Assembly: GCA_900543845.1 (NCBI GenBank)
Contig: UQTD01000002.1
Span: 7,284 to 71,283 of the forward strand
Direction of reading: 5' to 3'
Source of the DNA: an uncultured Collinsella sp.
Lineage (GTDB): Bacteria > Actinomycetota > Coriobacteriia > Coriobacteriales > Coriobacteriaceae
Length of the DNA stretch: 64,000 nt
Part shown: piece by piece, positions 1 to 8,001 of the stretch
Position numbering within the stretch: position 1 is the stretch's first letter
How the letters are laid out: each line of letters starts with the position of its first letter
Translations under genes and position numbers: made by a program
Notes under the pieces: model-generated
What the model was told of the DNA's origin: nothing
Seen by the model: the letters and a program-made list of their open reading frames with translations, nothing else
Database searches by the model: none

Positions 1-165
1 AACCAAGCACAGGCGCGGGTGAAACGTGCGCTCGCGCAAAAACTCGGTATCGACGGCAATCGCGTCGAACTCGCGGGCGCGCTGGCAAAAGTCGAGCAGA
101 GCCTGATGTGTGGAAATGTACATATCAACCCATCGAATAAGGTTAGGCCCGAAAAACACGGGTAG
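1..165 (+). CDS. 3' end of an unidentified upstream gene (C-terminal fragment, frame 1, stop TAG at 163-165)
   Basis: Open frame from the window edge to TAG at 163-165. The translation (..GIDGNRVELAGALAKVEQSLM..) is protein-like. No start is visible, so identity is unknown. Confidence 0.2.
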   Translation, partial: NQAQARVKRALAQKLGIDGNRVELAGALAKVEQSLMCGNVHINPSNKVRPEKHG

Positions 166-221
166 GATATCGGCATTGCCTTACAACTATACTCGGTTAG
201 TCACAGAACGGGAACGTAAGT

Positions 222-1139
222 ATGCGCTGCCTTATCATCCACAACCCGGCATCGGGCCCCAGCTCAGATGAAATCTACGCGTTCGCGCACGCCCTCGCGC
301 AGGGCGGCGACGAGATCGTGATGCGTTTTATCGGCGATGGCATGGAACCCGAGGACGCCGTGGCAGACGTGCGCGAGTTTGATCGCGTGGTCGTTTCGGG
401 CGGCGACGGCACCGTCTCCAACGTGCTCGACCAGATGCGCGGATGCGGCGTCCCCACGCTCGTCTTCCCCTCCGGCACGGCCTGCTTGTTCTTCAACAAC
501 ATTGGCAATGCCCCCGAGGCCGCGGCGCTTGCCAAGGCCTGCCGCGCCGGTCGCACGGTCAAAGTGGACATGGGCGAGCTCTTTTGGCTCGACGAGAACG
601 GCAACGAAAAGCGCCACGGCTTTATCATCATCGCCGGCTCGGGCTTCGACGCCGAGATCATGATGAAGGCCGCCCCCGCCAAAAACGACATCGGTGAGAT
701 CGCCTATTTCCTGTCGGCGCTCGCCACACCCAACCCCACGGTGGCGCACTTTACGATTGAGCATGACGGCATTGTCGAGGAGCTCGATGGCATCTGCTGC
801 ATGGCCGGCAACACCTCGGTCATTCAAAACGACATCAACCTGTTCCCCGATTGCCGTATGAACGACGGCATGGTCGACATCGCGGTCATCGAGCCCGTAA
901 AAACCGTGCAGCTCCTCCCGACCGTGATCACCGCCGCACTCGACCCCGCCGGCAAGGTGCTCGGCCGCCCGCAGTTCAAGATCATCCAGACCAAAGAAGC
1001 CAAGATCACCTGCACGCCGTCGCTGGGCATGCAGTTCGATGGCGAGATCATCTCCAGCAACTCGGGCGTCTTTGGCGCCCGCGCACTTCCGCAATGCCTC
1101 GACCTCATCGTCGACGAATTCTCCCCACTCGGAAAATAG
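222..1139 (+). CDS. Lipid kinase, diacylglycerol-kinase catalytic domain family (YegS/BmrU-like)
   Basis: 305 aa. Contains the DAGK_cat signature VVVSGGDGTVSNVLD and a typical two-domain length. The start is preceded by a GA-rich region. Confidence 0.75.
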   Translation: MRCLIIHNPASGPSSDEIYAFAHALAQGGDEIVMRFIGDGMEPEDAVADVREFDRVVVSGGDGTVSNVLDQMRGCGVPTLVFPSGTACLFFNNIGNAPEAAALAKACRAGRTVKVDMGELFWLDENGNEKRHGFIIIAGSGFDAEIMMKAAPAKNDIGEIAYFLSALATPNPTVAHFTIEHDGIVEELDGICCMAGNTSVIQNDINLFPDCRMNDGMVDIAVIEPVKTVQLLPTVITAALDPAGKVLGRPQFKIIQTKEAKITCTPSLGMQFDGEIISSNSGVFGARALPQCLDLIVDEFSPLGK

Positions 1140-1148
1140 GAGGACCCC

Positions 1149-1241
1149 ATGAACGACACTCCCCTGCCCGGCTTTATCGTCATTGTTCTGGCCATGCTCA
1201 TCGGCTATGCGATCAACGTGATCCACCGCCGGAAGAAGTAA
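1149..1241 (+). CDS. Small hydrophobic membrane peptide (30 aa), translationally coupled to the lipid kinase
   Basis: Perfect RBS AGGAGG sits 7 nt upstream of ATG 1149, directly after the kinase stop. The peptide MNDTPLPGFIVIVLAMLIGYAINVIHRRKK has one TM helix and a basic tail. It falls below the ORF-track length cut-off. Confidence 0.4.
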   Translation: MNDTPLPGFIVIVLAMLIGYAINVIHRRKK

Positions 1242-1274
1242 TTCCACATTGGTATGATATTCATCCAATTATCG

Positions 1275-1322
1275 TCTCCCCCGTTGTTTATGCATTTGCC
1301 AAACAGCGGGGGATTTTTCTTT
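1275..1322 (+). terminator. Rho-independent terminator after the kinase / small-peptide operon
   Basis: Stem ctcccccgttgttt .. aaacagcggggga (one mismatch) is followed by the T-tract atttttcttt. Confidence 0.5.
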
Positions 1323-1549
1323 GCGCCCCGTGCAAGGCGCTTTATTCAGGTACAGTAATTGCAGGGTGCCTTTATTTAAGTAAAGCTACAAAATGAGTAT
1401 TCTTATCCGCTCATCGCATATTTTAGGACGCTCATCGAGTATTTCATCGAAATAGATGAATACTTCTTAGACTTCCGATAGGCTAATGGATGTATTTATT
1501 AGCTGAGATTCCGCACAGTTTTGCGGGGTCTCAACAGTTGGGAGGGATC

Positions 1550-3352
1550 ATGAGGTTTACTCATCCTGTCAACACGCTCAAAAAGCTCGGCTGCGGCCTT
1601 GCGTTTGGAGCAGCGGCCATCATGGCCATGCCGACTTCGGCGCTCGCCTGCACCCAGATCTACATGGGTAGCAAGCTCACGGCAGACGGCAACACGTACT
1701 ATGGCCGTTCCGAGGATTTCGGTCCGCGCTATGTCAAGCACTTTGGCATTGAGCCCGCACACAAGGACGGCAACGAGTACACATCGGTCGAGTCCGGTTT
1801 TGAGTACAAGTCCAAGGGCGCAACCTACCGCTACACTTTCGTTCGCGACAACCCCTCGCAGTGGGAAGATCGCTACGACGCATATTCCGAGGCCGGCATC
1901 AACGAGAAGGGCGTCTCCTGCTCTGCCACGTTGAGCACCTCCTATAACGAGAAGGCCGAAGAGGCCGACCCCATCACCGAGGAGACTGGCATTGGCGAGT
2001 ACAGCTATGCCAGCGTCATCCTGGGCGAGAGCGCCACGGCCCGCGAGGGCGTCGAGCTCATCGGCAGCCTGATCGACGAGCAGGGCGTCTGCTCCAACGA
2101 CCAGATCATCATCGCCGACAGCACCGAGACCTGGCTGTTCGCCGCGCTTTCCGGCCATCAGTGGATTGCCATGAGGCTCGCCGATGACATCGCCTCGCTC
2201 AACCCCAACATCGGCAACCTCACCTATGACGTCGACCTCGACGACACCGAGAACTGTCTCCATTCCGAGGGCATCGAGTCCATGCCTAAGGAGAAGGGCT
2301 TTGCCGAGTACACTGACGGCAAGTTCGACGTCGCCAAGACCTACGGCGAGGAGATCGGCGAGGCCGGTATGCACCAGTGGTCGCGCTATATCCAGGGTCG
2401 CGATTACTTCATGGCCCCGCTGGCTGAAGGCACTGACTACGAGATCGTCAAGGACGAGCGTGAAGACGCTCGCGCCACGACCGGCGCCCTGGTCCACGAG
2501 ATGCAGCCGCTGTTCTTCCAGCCCGGCAAGTCCGACTGGAACACCTTTGAGATGATCCGCAGCTTCGCTGCTCGCGGCGAGAATGTCGCCGGTCTCAACG
2601 CCAACACCGACGGCGCCTATGCTATCGGCTCCAACCGCAACACCGAGATTCACACCTTCCAGATCCGCCACGGCATGGACCCCGAAATCGCGACCATCCA
2701 GTGGGAGATGCTCTCCAACGCCGAGTTCTCCGTCGCTATCCCCCTCTACTCCGCACTGCTCACCGAGGTCAGCCCCTACTTCAGCGATCAGGATGTCTCC
2801 TTCGATCACTGCGAAGAGGAAGACGTTGTAAACAACGAGGAGCCCAAGAACTCCATCAACTACGTCCTCATGGACATCAACACGCTCGCCTATGAGAATC
2901 GCGATCACTGCGCTACCGGCGTCCGCGCCTACCTCGACGCCCTGCAGAAGGAGCTCATCGAGCAGAACCTGACCGTCGACGAGGCCATGCAGGCCGCCGA
3001 GAACACCGAGGCCCGCACCGCCCTGGCCAACAAGGCCGGCAAGGCTGCCACCAAGAACACCTACCTCAAGTGCAAGGCCATGCTCGAGGAAATGCGTGAC
3101 TACCTCAAGGAGGGCGACTTCTCCGAGGAGTTCGTCCCGAGTGACTACGATGCCGACAACGACTGCCTAGTCGAGTCCATCACCTATGCCGACGAGGCCC
3201 TCTCGGATGAGGATGTAGCCGAGCCCGAAGTCGAAGAGGAAAAGGCCACCGAGGAGAAGTCCGAGGGCAACAACATGGCCGCCATGGCCGTTGGCGCCGT
3301 CGTCGTCATCGGTGTCTGCGGCTTCGTGCTCTATCGTCGCAAGAAGGCCTAA
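1550..3352 (+). CDS. Peptidase family C69-like dipeptidase, secreted with a C-terminal transmembrane anchor
   Basis: RBS GGGAGGG precedes ATG 1550. A signal peptide is followed by the N-terminal nucleophile motif A-L-A-C-T-Q-I-Y-MGS..DGNTYYGRSEDFG, typical of C69 dipeptidase A (Cys after signal cleavage). The C-terminus is AVVVIGVCGFVLYRRKKA (TM plus basic tail, no LPXTG). Confidence 0.7.
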   Translation: MRFTHPVNTLKKLGCGLAFGAAAIMAMPTSALACTQIYMGSKLTADGNTYYGRSEDFGPRYVKHFGIEPAHKDGNEYTSVESGFEYKSKGATYRYTFVRDNPSQWEDRYDAYSEAGINEKGVSCSATLSTSYNEKAEEADPITEETGIGEYSYASVILGESATAREGVELIGSLIDEQGVCSNDQIIIADSTETWLFAALSGHQWIAMRLADDIASLNPNIGNLTYDVDLDDTENCLHSEGIESMPKEKGFAEYTDGKFDVAKTYGEEIGEAGMHQWSRYIQGRDYFMAPLAEGTDYEIVKDEREDARATTGALVHEMQPLFFQPGKSDWNTFEMIRSFAARGENVAGLNANTDGAYAIGSNRNTEIHTFQIRHGMDPEIATIQWEMLSNAEFSVAIPLYSALLTEVSPYFSDQDVSFDHCEEEDVVNNEEPKNSINYVLMDINTLAYENRDHCATGVRAYLDALQKELIEQNLTVDEAMQAAENTEARTALANKAGKAATKNTYLKCKAMLEEMRDYLKEGDFSEEFVPSDYDADNDCLVESITYADEALSDEDVAEPEVEEEKATEEKSEGNNMAAMAVGAVVVIGVCGFVLYRRKKA

Positions 3353-3368
3353 GGCCCTCACGTCCTAA

Positions 3369-3405
3369 GGGAGGGCAAGACGGTGCGAGCGGTCTTGCCC
3401 TCCTG
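3369..3405 (+). terminator. Hairpin after the C69 peptidase gene (possible terminator, no clear U-tract)
   Basis: Stem gagggcaagac .. gtcttgccctc lies immediately 3' of the stop at 3350-3352. Confidence 0.3.
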
Positions 3406-3556
3406 ACCCGTTATCTGACCGGTGGGAAACACCGCGGGAAACACTGCTGAAATCTTTTCAAAAAAGATTTCCCCGCACACACTTTGCTGTGCTATAGTGC
3501 AGCGCAACAGCAACTAGGTGCGACCGCGCCATGGCATCACGAAAGGAGCCACCAAC

Positions 3557-3625
3557 ATGAAGAACACGATGAAGTCTCTCAACAACTGGTGGTGGCGTGA
3601 TGCGAATACGATCGGTCGACAGTGA
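3557..3625 (+). CDS. Tryptophan-rich leader peptide (22 aa, MKNTMKSLNNWWWRDANTIGRQ) of a transcription attenuator
   Basis: RBS GAAAGGAG sits 7 nt upstream of ATG 3557. There are three consecutive TGG codons at 3587-3595. A terminator hairpin follows 36 nt downstream. The downstream gene is a putative Trp-type ECF S component. Confidence 0.55.
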   Translation: MKNTMKSLNNWWWRDANTIGRQ

Positions 3626-3661
3626 GTCCCTCACGCCTGTTTTTGCGCTCTAGGTGATTGG

Positions 3662-3695
3662 AAGGCCTCCGGTTTCGACCGGGGGCCTTTTTCTA
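3662..3695 (+). terminator. Attenuator terminator (aggcctccgg-tttcga-ccgggggcct followed by TTTTTCT)
   Basis: GC-rich 9-10 bp stem plus U-tract located between the leader peptide stop and the S-component start. Segment 3611-3619 (cggtcgac) can alternatively pair with 3674-3680 (tcgaccg), forming an antiterminator. Confidence 0.6.
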
Positions 3696-3771
3696 TCTCG
3701 AGCCCAATCGCATTCGCATCACGCGCCTCCGCTTTCTTCTCTTGCACTTCCCTTCCGAAAGGATTTTCACC

Positions 3772-4344
3772 ATGTCTCAGAACACCACCACCGCCCAGCC
3801 CCGCACCGTCCAGACCGCCGACCGCGGCAAACTCGACGTCCGCGCCCTCGTCTTGCTCGCCATCCTGCTTGCCGCCGGCTTCATCCTCAACTTCACCGTC
3901 GGCAAGGCCATCTCCGGCATCTCGGGCGGCATGATCAGCCCCGAGTTCATCATCTCGGCCTTCTGCCTTACCATCCTGGTCGTTCGTCCCAACATTGGCC
4001 AGGCGCTCATCATCGGCCTCATCTCGGCTGCTGTAATCCAAATCACCACCACCTCGCCGTTCGTCGATTTTGCCGCCGAGGGCATCGCCGCCATGCTCAT
4101 GGCCCTCATTGTCAACGCTGCTGCCAAGGACGGCCAGGTTAAGCCCGCCGTCGCCATCGTCGCAACGTTCGTGACCACCTTTGTCTCGGGCGTCATCTTC
4201 ATGGTCATCAAGATGGCCATGCTCGGCGTGGTGGGCGAGCTCGCCGCTGCCATGCTGCCCGTCGTCGCTATGACCGCCGTGTTTAACGCCATTCTGGTCG
4301 GCGCTCTCTATCTGCCCATCCAGAAGGCCCTGAAGCTCAACTAA
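3772..4344 (+). CDS. ECF transporter substrate-specific (S) component, putative tryptophan-specific (TrpP-like)
   Basis: About 190 aa with 5-6 TM helices. It lies immediately upstream of the ecfA-ecfT genes. RBS GAAAGGAT precedes ATG 3772. Trp specificity is inferred from the WWW leader attenuator and TrpP-like size and architecture. Confidence 0.6.
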   Translation: MSQNTTTAQPRTVQTADRGKLDVRALVLLAILLAAGFILNFTVGKAISGISGGMISPEFIISAFCLTILVVRPNIGQALIIGLISAAVIQITTTSPFVDFAAEGIAAMLMALIVNAAAKDGQVKPAVAIVATFVTTFVSGVIFMVIKMAMLGVVGELAAAMLPVVAMTAVFNAILVGALYLPIQKALKLN

Positions 4345-4377
4345 CCCGCTCGGCTTTACGAGCCACCCTATCTCGGC

Positions 4378-4438
4378 GTTCATTCGTCGCTCGCGTACCC
4401 AAGTACGCTTCGCTCCTCTTTCGCGCCAACCTGGGGCC
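4378..4438 (+). repeat. REP-like intergenic repeat, copy A (core gttcattcgtcgctcgcgtacccaagtacgcttcgctcctctttcgcgccaacctggggcc)
   Basis: The core recurs at 23495-23562 (same orientation) and 33802-33863 (reverse complement). It contains the palindrome gcgtacNNNNgtacgc. Confidence 0.6.
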
Positions 4439-4556
4439 CCTCGTAAAGCCGTCTCCGTGCTTCACCACCAAAGACTGTCCCAAACAACTAGCTTTTGGGG
4501 ACGCTCTTAAACGACTAGTCATGTAAGAACGTCCCCGATGACTATGAAAGGTATCC

Positions 4557-6308
4557 ATGGAAACGATCATCAACGTCGACGATGTCTCGTTCTCCCGTGG
4601 CACGCAGACCGAGCAGGCGCTTAAGCATATCTCGCTCGGCGTGAACAGGAGAGATTTTATCGGCATTATCGGGCCTTCGGGCGCCGGCAAGTCCACACTT
4701 GCCGCCTGCCTGTCGGGAGCCGTACCCCACCATAACACCGGCACGTTCTTTGGCTCCGTCACTGTCGACGGCAACGACACCTGTGAAGTTTCGCTCACCG
4801 ATGTGTCGCAGATCGTCGGCAGCGTGTTGCAAGACATCGACACGCAAATGGTCGCCTCGGTCGTCGAGGACGAGATGCTTTTTGGCCTGGAGAACTTTGG
4901 CGTTCCGCACGACCAGATCGAGCAGCGCGTGAGCGAGACGCTCGAGACCGTCGGCATCAGCGACCTGCGCGACCGCGAGATCGCCACCCTCTCAGGCGGC
5001 CAAAAGCAAAAGGTTGCCATCGCCGCCATCCTCGCTATGCGTCCGCGTGTGCTCGTGCTCGACGAACCCACCGCGGCGCTCGACCCCGCCAGCTCCACGC
5101 TGGTCTTCGAGACCCTACGCGAGGCCAACCGCGCACTCGGCATCACCATCGTCGTCGTTGAGCAAAAAGTCGCCCTGCTTTCGGAGTATTGCAACCGCGT
5201 GCTCGTGCTCAATCATGGCGAAATCGCGCTACAGGGCGAGCCGCACGAGGTCTTCGCGCACGCCGATGAGCTCCGCGCCATCGGCGTCGATTGCCCGCGC
5301 GTCACGCGCATTTTCAACAGCCTCGAGGCCGATGGCCTGGCCAGCGGCACTCCCTGTTTGGATGTTGATGAGGCCGAGCGCCTGATTACGGGCATCGTCG
5401 ACCCCGCACACGCAAGCAGCGACACTCAGGCACCCGCCGGCTCACCGCACGCACCGTCGTTGCGCCCGCACGCCAAGGACGCCGAACCCGTGCTCACCTT
5501 CGATCACGTTGAGTTTGCCTATCCCAATGGCGGCGCCGCCGTCCACGACCTCAACCTGACCCTCTATCCCGGCGAGCTCGTGGGCATCGTCGGTCAAAAC
5601 GGCGCCGGCAAGACCACGCTCACCAAGCTGCTCACAGGCCTGCTTAAGCCCGCCTCGGGCAGCGTGCGCGTCACGGGACTGGATACCGCAGCCGTTCCCA
5701 CAAGCCGCATCGCCCGCGAAGTCGCAACCCTCTTCCAAAACCCCGACCGTCAGATCTGCAAGGACACCGTGCTCGACGAGGTCGCCTTTGGCCTGGAGCT
5801 TGCCGGCATCGACCGTGCCGAGGCGCTGCGTCGCGCCCAGCTCGTCATCGACCGCTTTGGCTTGCCGGCCGACGAGGCGCCCTTCTCGCTCTCGCGCGGT
5901 CAGCGCCAGATGGTGGCACTCGCCTCCGTCGTGGTCGTAGAGCCCAAAATCGTGGTGCTCGACGAGCCCACGAGCGGCCTTGACTACCGCGAGTGCATGA
6001 CCGTGATGGAAACGGTGCGCACCATGGCCGAGCGCGGCTGCGCTGTAATCATGGTCTGCCACGACATGGAAGTCGTCTCCGACTTTGCCGAGCGCATCGT
6101 AGTCATGGCCGACGGCCGCATCCTCGAGCGCGGCCGCACGCACGAGCTGTTCTCGGACATCGAGCTCATGCAGCGCGCCTACGTTGAGCCGCCCCAGGTC
6201 ATAGAGCTTTCTCGTCGCCTGGCATCCTCCGTCTCTCCCGCCTTTGCACAGGTGAGCGAGGTCACCGATATCGTTCGCATTACCGAGGAGATGGTCCACC
6301 GTGGTTAA
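4557..6308 (+). CDS. ecfA: ECF transporter ATPase, fused tandem EcfA-EcfA (two ABC ATPase domains)
   Basis: 583 aa. Has two Walker A motifs (GPSGAGKST and GQNGAGKTT) and two LSGGQ-type signatures (LSGGQKQK, LSRGQRQM). Confidence 0.85.
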   Translation: METIINVDDVSFSRGTQTEQALKHISLGVNRRDFIGIIGPSGAGKSTLAACLSGAVPHHNTGTFFGSVTVDGNDTCEVSLTDVSQIVGSVLQDIDTQMVASVVEDEMLFGLENFGVPHDQIEQRVSETLETVGISDLRDREIATLSGGQKQKVAIAAILAMRPRVLVLDEPTAALDPASSTLVFETLREANRALGITIVVVEQKVALLSEYCNRVLVLNHGEIALQGEPHEVFAHADELRAIGVDCPRVTRIFNSLEADGLASGTPCLDVDEAERLITGIVDPAHASSDTQAPAGSPHAPSLRPHAKDAEPVLTFDHVEFAYPNGGAAVHDLNLTLYPGELVGIVGQNGAGKTTLTKLLTGLLKPASGSVRVTGLDTAAVPTSRIAREVATLFQNPDRQICKDTVLDEVAFGLELAGIDRAEALRRAQLVIDRFGLPADEAPFSLSRGQRQMVALASVVVVEPKIVVLDEPTSGLDYRECMTVMETVRTMAERGCAVIMVCHDMEVVSDFAERIVVMADGRILERGRTHELFSDIELMQRAYVEPPQVIELSRRLASSVSPAFAQVSEVTDIVRITEEMVHRG

Positions 6309-7047
6309 CGTCATCGACTATATGCCGGGCGATACGCTGCTGCATCGTCTGAACCCCGTCGTCAAACTGGGCCTCGCCGCCGCCATCATCATCGGCATCT
6401 TTTTGTCCGACACCTACGTGGCGCTGCTGGGCTTTTTGGCACTCACCCTTGCACTGGGTGCCTATGCCGGCGTCGTCGACCGTCTGCTCTCGCTGCTCAA
6501 GTTGCTGATTCCGCTCGCGCTTATCATGCTGGTGCTCCAGTTGGCCTTTATGCGTGATGGCAACGTGGTGTGGGGTTTCATCACCGACACGGGCCTCATT
6601 ACCGGATCGAAGGCCTGCCTGCGCCTGCTGGGCGTGGCGCTGCCACTCATCCTCATGCTCATGGTGACCAAGCTCAACGACCTCGCCAACGCTTGCGTCG
6701 AGGTGCTGCACGTGCCATATCGCTATGCCTTCACCTTTACCACGGCGCTGCGTTTTGTGCCGGTATTTGGCCAGGAAATGAACGCCATCATGGAGGCGCA
6801 GACCGCACGCGGCGTCGAATACGACACTAAGAATCCCGTCAAGAAACTCAAACTCATGCTGCCGCTGTGTGTGCCGCTGCTTATCTCGAGCGTGGGCAAG
6901 ACCGATGCCACCGCGCTTGCCGCCGAGCAGCGCGGCTTCTATCTGCGTACGCGCGCCAGCTCGTACAAGCGCTACCCCATCAAGGGCCTAGACATCGCCG
7001 TACTCATCATCAGCATCGCCCTCATCGCCACCGGCTTCCTGTTCTAG
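6301..7047 (+). CDS. ecfT: ECF transporter transmembrane (T) component, CbiQ/EcfT family
   Basis: 248 aa polytopic membrane protein that overlaps the ecfA stop by 8 nt, in the canonical ecfA-ecfT order. Confidence 0.8.
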   Translation: MVNVIDYMPGDTLLHRLNPVVKLGLAAAIIIGIFLSDTYVALLGFLALTLALGAYAGVVDRLLSLLKLLIPLALIMLVLQLAFMRDGNVVWGFITDTGLITGSKACLRLLGVALPLILMLMVTKLNDLANACVEVLHVPYRYAFTFTTALRFVPVFGQEMNAIMEAQTARGVEYDTKNPVKKLKLMLPLCVPLLISSVGKTDATALAAEQRGFYLRTRASSYKRYPIKGLDIAVLIISIALIATGFLF

Positions 7048-7077
7048 CACTCGCTGGCAGCAACCGGCAAATGCAAA

Positions 7078-7110
7078 AGGCCTCGGCTCGCACCAAACGA
7101 GCCGAGGCCT
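7078..7110 (+). terminator. Rho-independent terminator downstream of ecfT
   Basis: Perfect 13-bp stem aggcctcggctcg .. cgagccgaggcct followed by tttactgtttt. Confidence 0.55.
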
Positions 7111-7130
7111 TTACTGTTTTCCCAGATAAT

Positions 7131-7166
7131 ACCTGTCAAAATAAACCTGTCCCTTTTTGGCAGGTC
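7131..7166. repeat. Hairpin repeat motif copy 1 (acctgtcaaaataaacctgtccctttttggcaggtc, reverse complement of CCAAAAAGGGACAGGTTT)
   Basis: The exact 18-mer CCAAAAAGGGACAGGTTT also occurs at 46862 and 47595, with a degenerate copy at 46907. This copy has an 11-bp stem (one G-U pair) and a 13-nt loop. Confidence 0.55.
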
Positions 7167-7171
7167 GAGGG

Positions 7172-7918
7172 CTACAGGCGGTAGGGGACGCCGCTGCGAA
7201 TGATGGACTCGCGCACCAGGACATCCATCGCATCGAGGGTGATCTCGGGCATCTCGCGATACTTCTGCAACACCGAAAGCTCCGTGCAGGCCAGGATGAC
7301 GCGGTCGCAGCCGCTGCGGGCGAACTCCCACATCACGCGGTCGAACTTATCCATATCGGGTTCGCGCCCGGCCTTCACATCGTCGTAAATGAGCGACATC
7401 ACGTCGGCCTGACGCTTTTCGCTGGGATAGACGACCTCAACGCCCGCGGTCTCACATTCGCGCCCATAGACGTCTGCGCCCACGGTACCGTCGGTGCCCA
7501 TGATGCCGATCTTGTGCACCGGCTCGGCCGGCATGCTCAGGTTTGGATCGAACTCGCACTCCCCCATCACCGCGCCGGCCAGAGCATAGCGCACCGACTC
7601 GCGCGGCATGTGGATAATCGGCACCTTGGTAAACGACTGAATCTGATCGTAGAAGTAGTGCGACGTGTTGCAGGGAATCGCTATGTGCGCGCAGCCCAGC
7701 GTCTCGAGCGCCTGAGCGCACTCCTTCATGGTCGCCAGCAGCTCGGCATGCTCACCGGTCTTGATGGCCAGCGTGCGGTCGGGCATGGTCGACTTGGAAA
7801 GCACCACCATGTCGATATGCTCCTGGTCGCACGTAGCCGCCGTATGACGTACCACCTGGTCGTAGTAATACGACGTGGCCTCGGCGCCCATGCCGCCGAT
7901 AACTCCCAGCTTTTCCAT
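7172..7918 (-). CDS. Aspartate racemase (Asp/Glu/hydantoin racemase family)
   Basis: Motifs GVIGGMGAEAT, IPCNTSH and ILACTELS supply the two catalytic Cys-containing sites. RBS AAGGAGG sits 5 nt upstream of ATG at 7918, so the track start at 7945 is probably too far 5'. Confidence 0.75.
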   Translation of the reverse strand: MEKLGVIGGMGAEATSYYYDQVVRHTAATCDQEHIDMVVLSKSTMPDRTLAIKTGEHAELLATMKECAQALETLGCAHIAIPCNTSHYFYDQIQSFTKVPIIHMPRESVRYALAGAVMGECEFDPNLSMPAEPVHKIGIMGTDGTVGADVYGRECETAGVEVVYPSEKRQADVMSLIYDDVKAGREPDMDKFDRVMWEFARSGCDRVILACTELSVLQKYREMPEITLDAMDVLVRESIIRSGVPYRL

Positions 7919-8001
7919 CGCCGCCTCCTTGGTGACGCCCCGCAATTTCGCGTATCATACCCGCGCCCGCCCGATACATACCGGACGGGCGCCACGCTCG
8001 T

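Noticed and set aside
264-1268. 334-aa minus-strand ORF antisense to the lipid-kinase gene, and the many similar long antisense ORFs across the window (for example 1499-2908-, 5442-6314-, 7157-8011+, 8032-9321+, 10621-11604-, 12057-12878+, 15023-15958-, 18438-19397+, 19677-20564-, 20682-21935-, 22642-23424-, 23811-24719+, 25971-27014+, 27192-28457+, 28936-30471+, 32447-33868-, 34624-35772+, 37002-37967-, 38956-39588+, 40047-40934+, 43135-43764-, 43508-44047-, 45053-46804+, 54193-55002+, 56599-57678+, 58469-59689+, 61856-62932+)
   Set aside because: The high GC content suppresses stop codons on the strand opposite real genes. The translations are Arg/Ala/Gly/Pro/His-rich low-complexity strings with no motifs. 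Each overlaps a well-supported gene on the other strand that has an RBS and recognisable domains.
3658-3771. Upstream extension of the ECF S-component ORF (track start 3658)
   Set aside because: The extension would run through the attenuator terminator and has no RBS. ATG 3772 has an RBS, and its N-terminus (MSQNTTT..) precedes the first TM helix at a typical distance.
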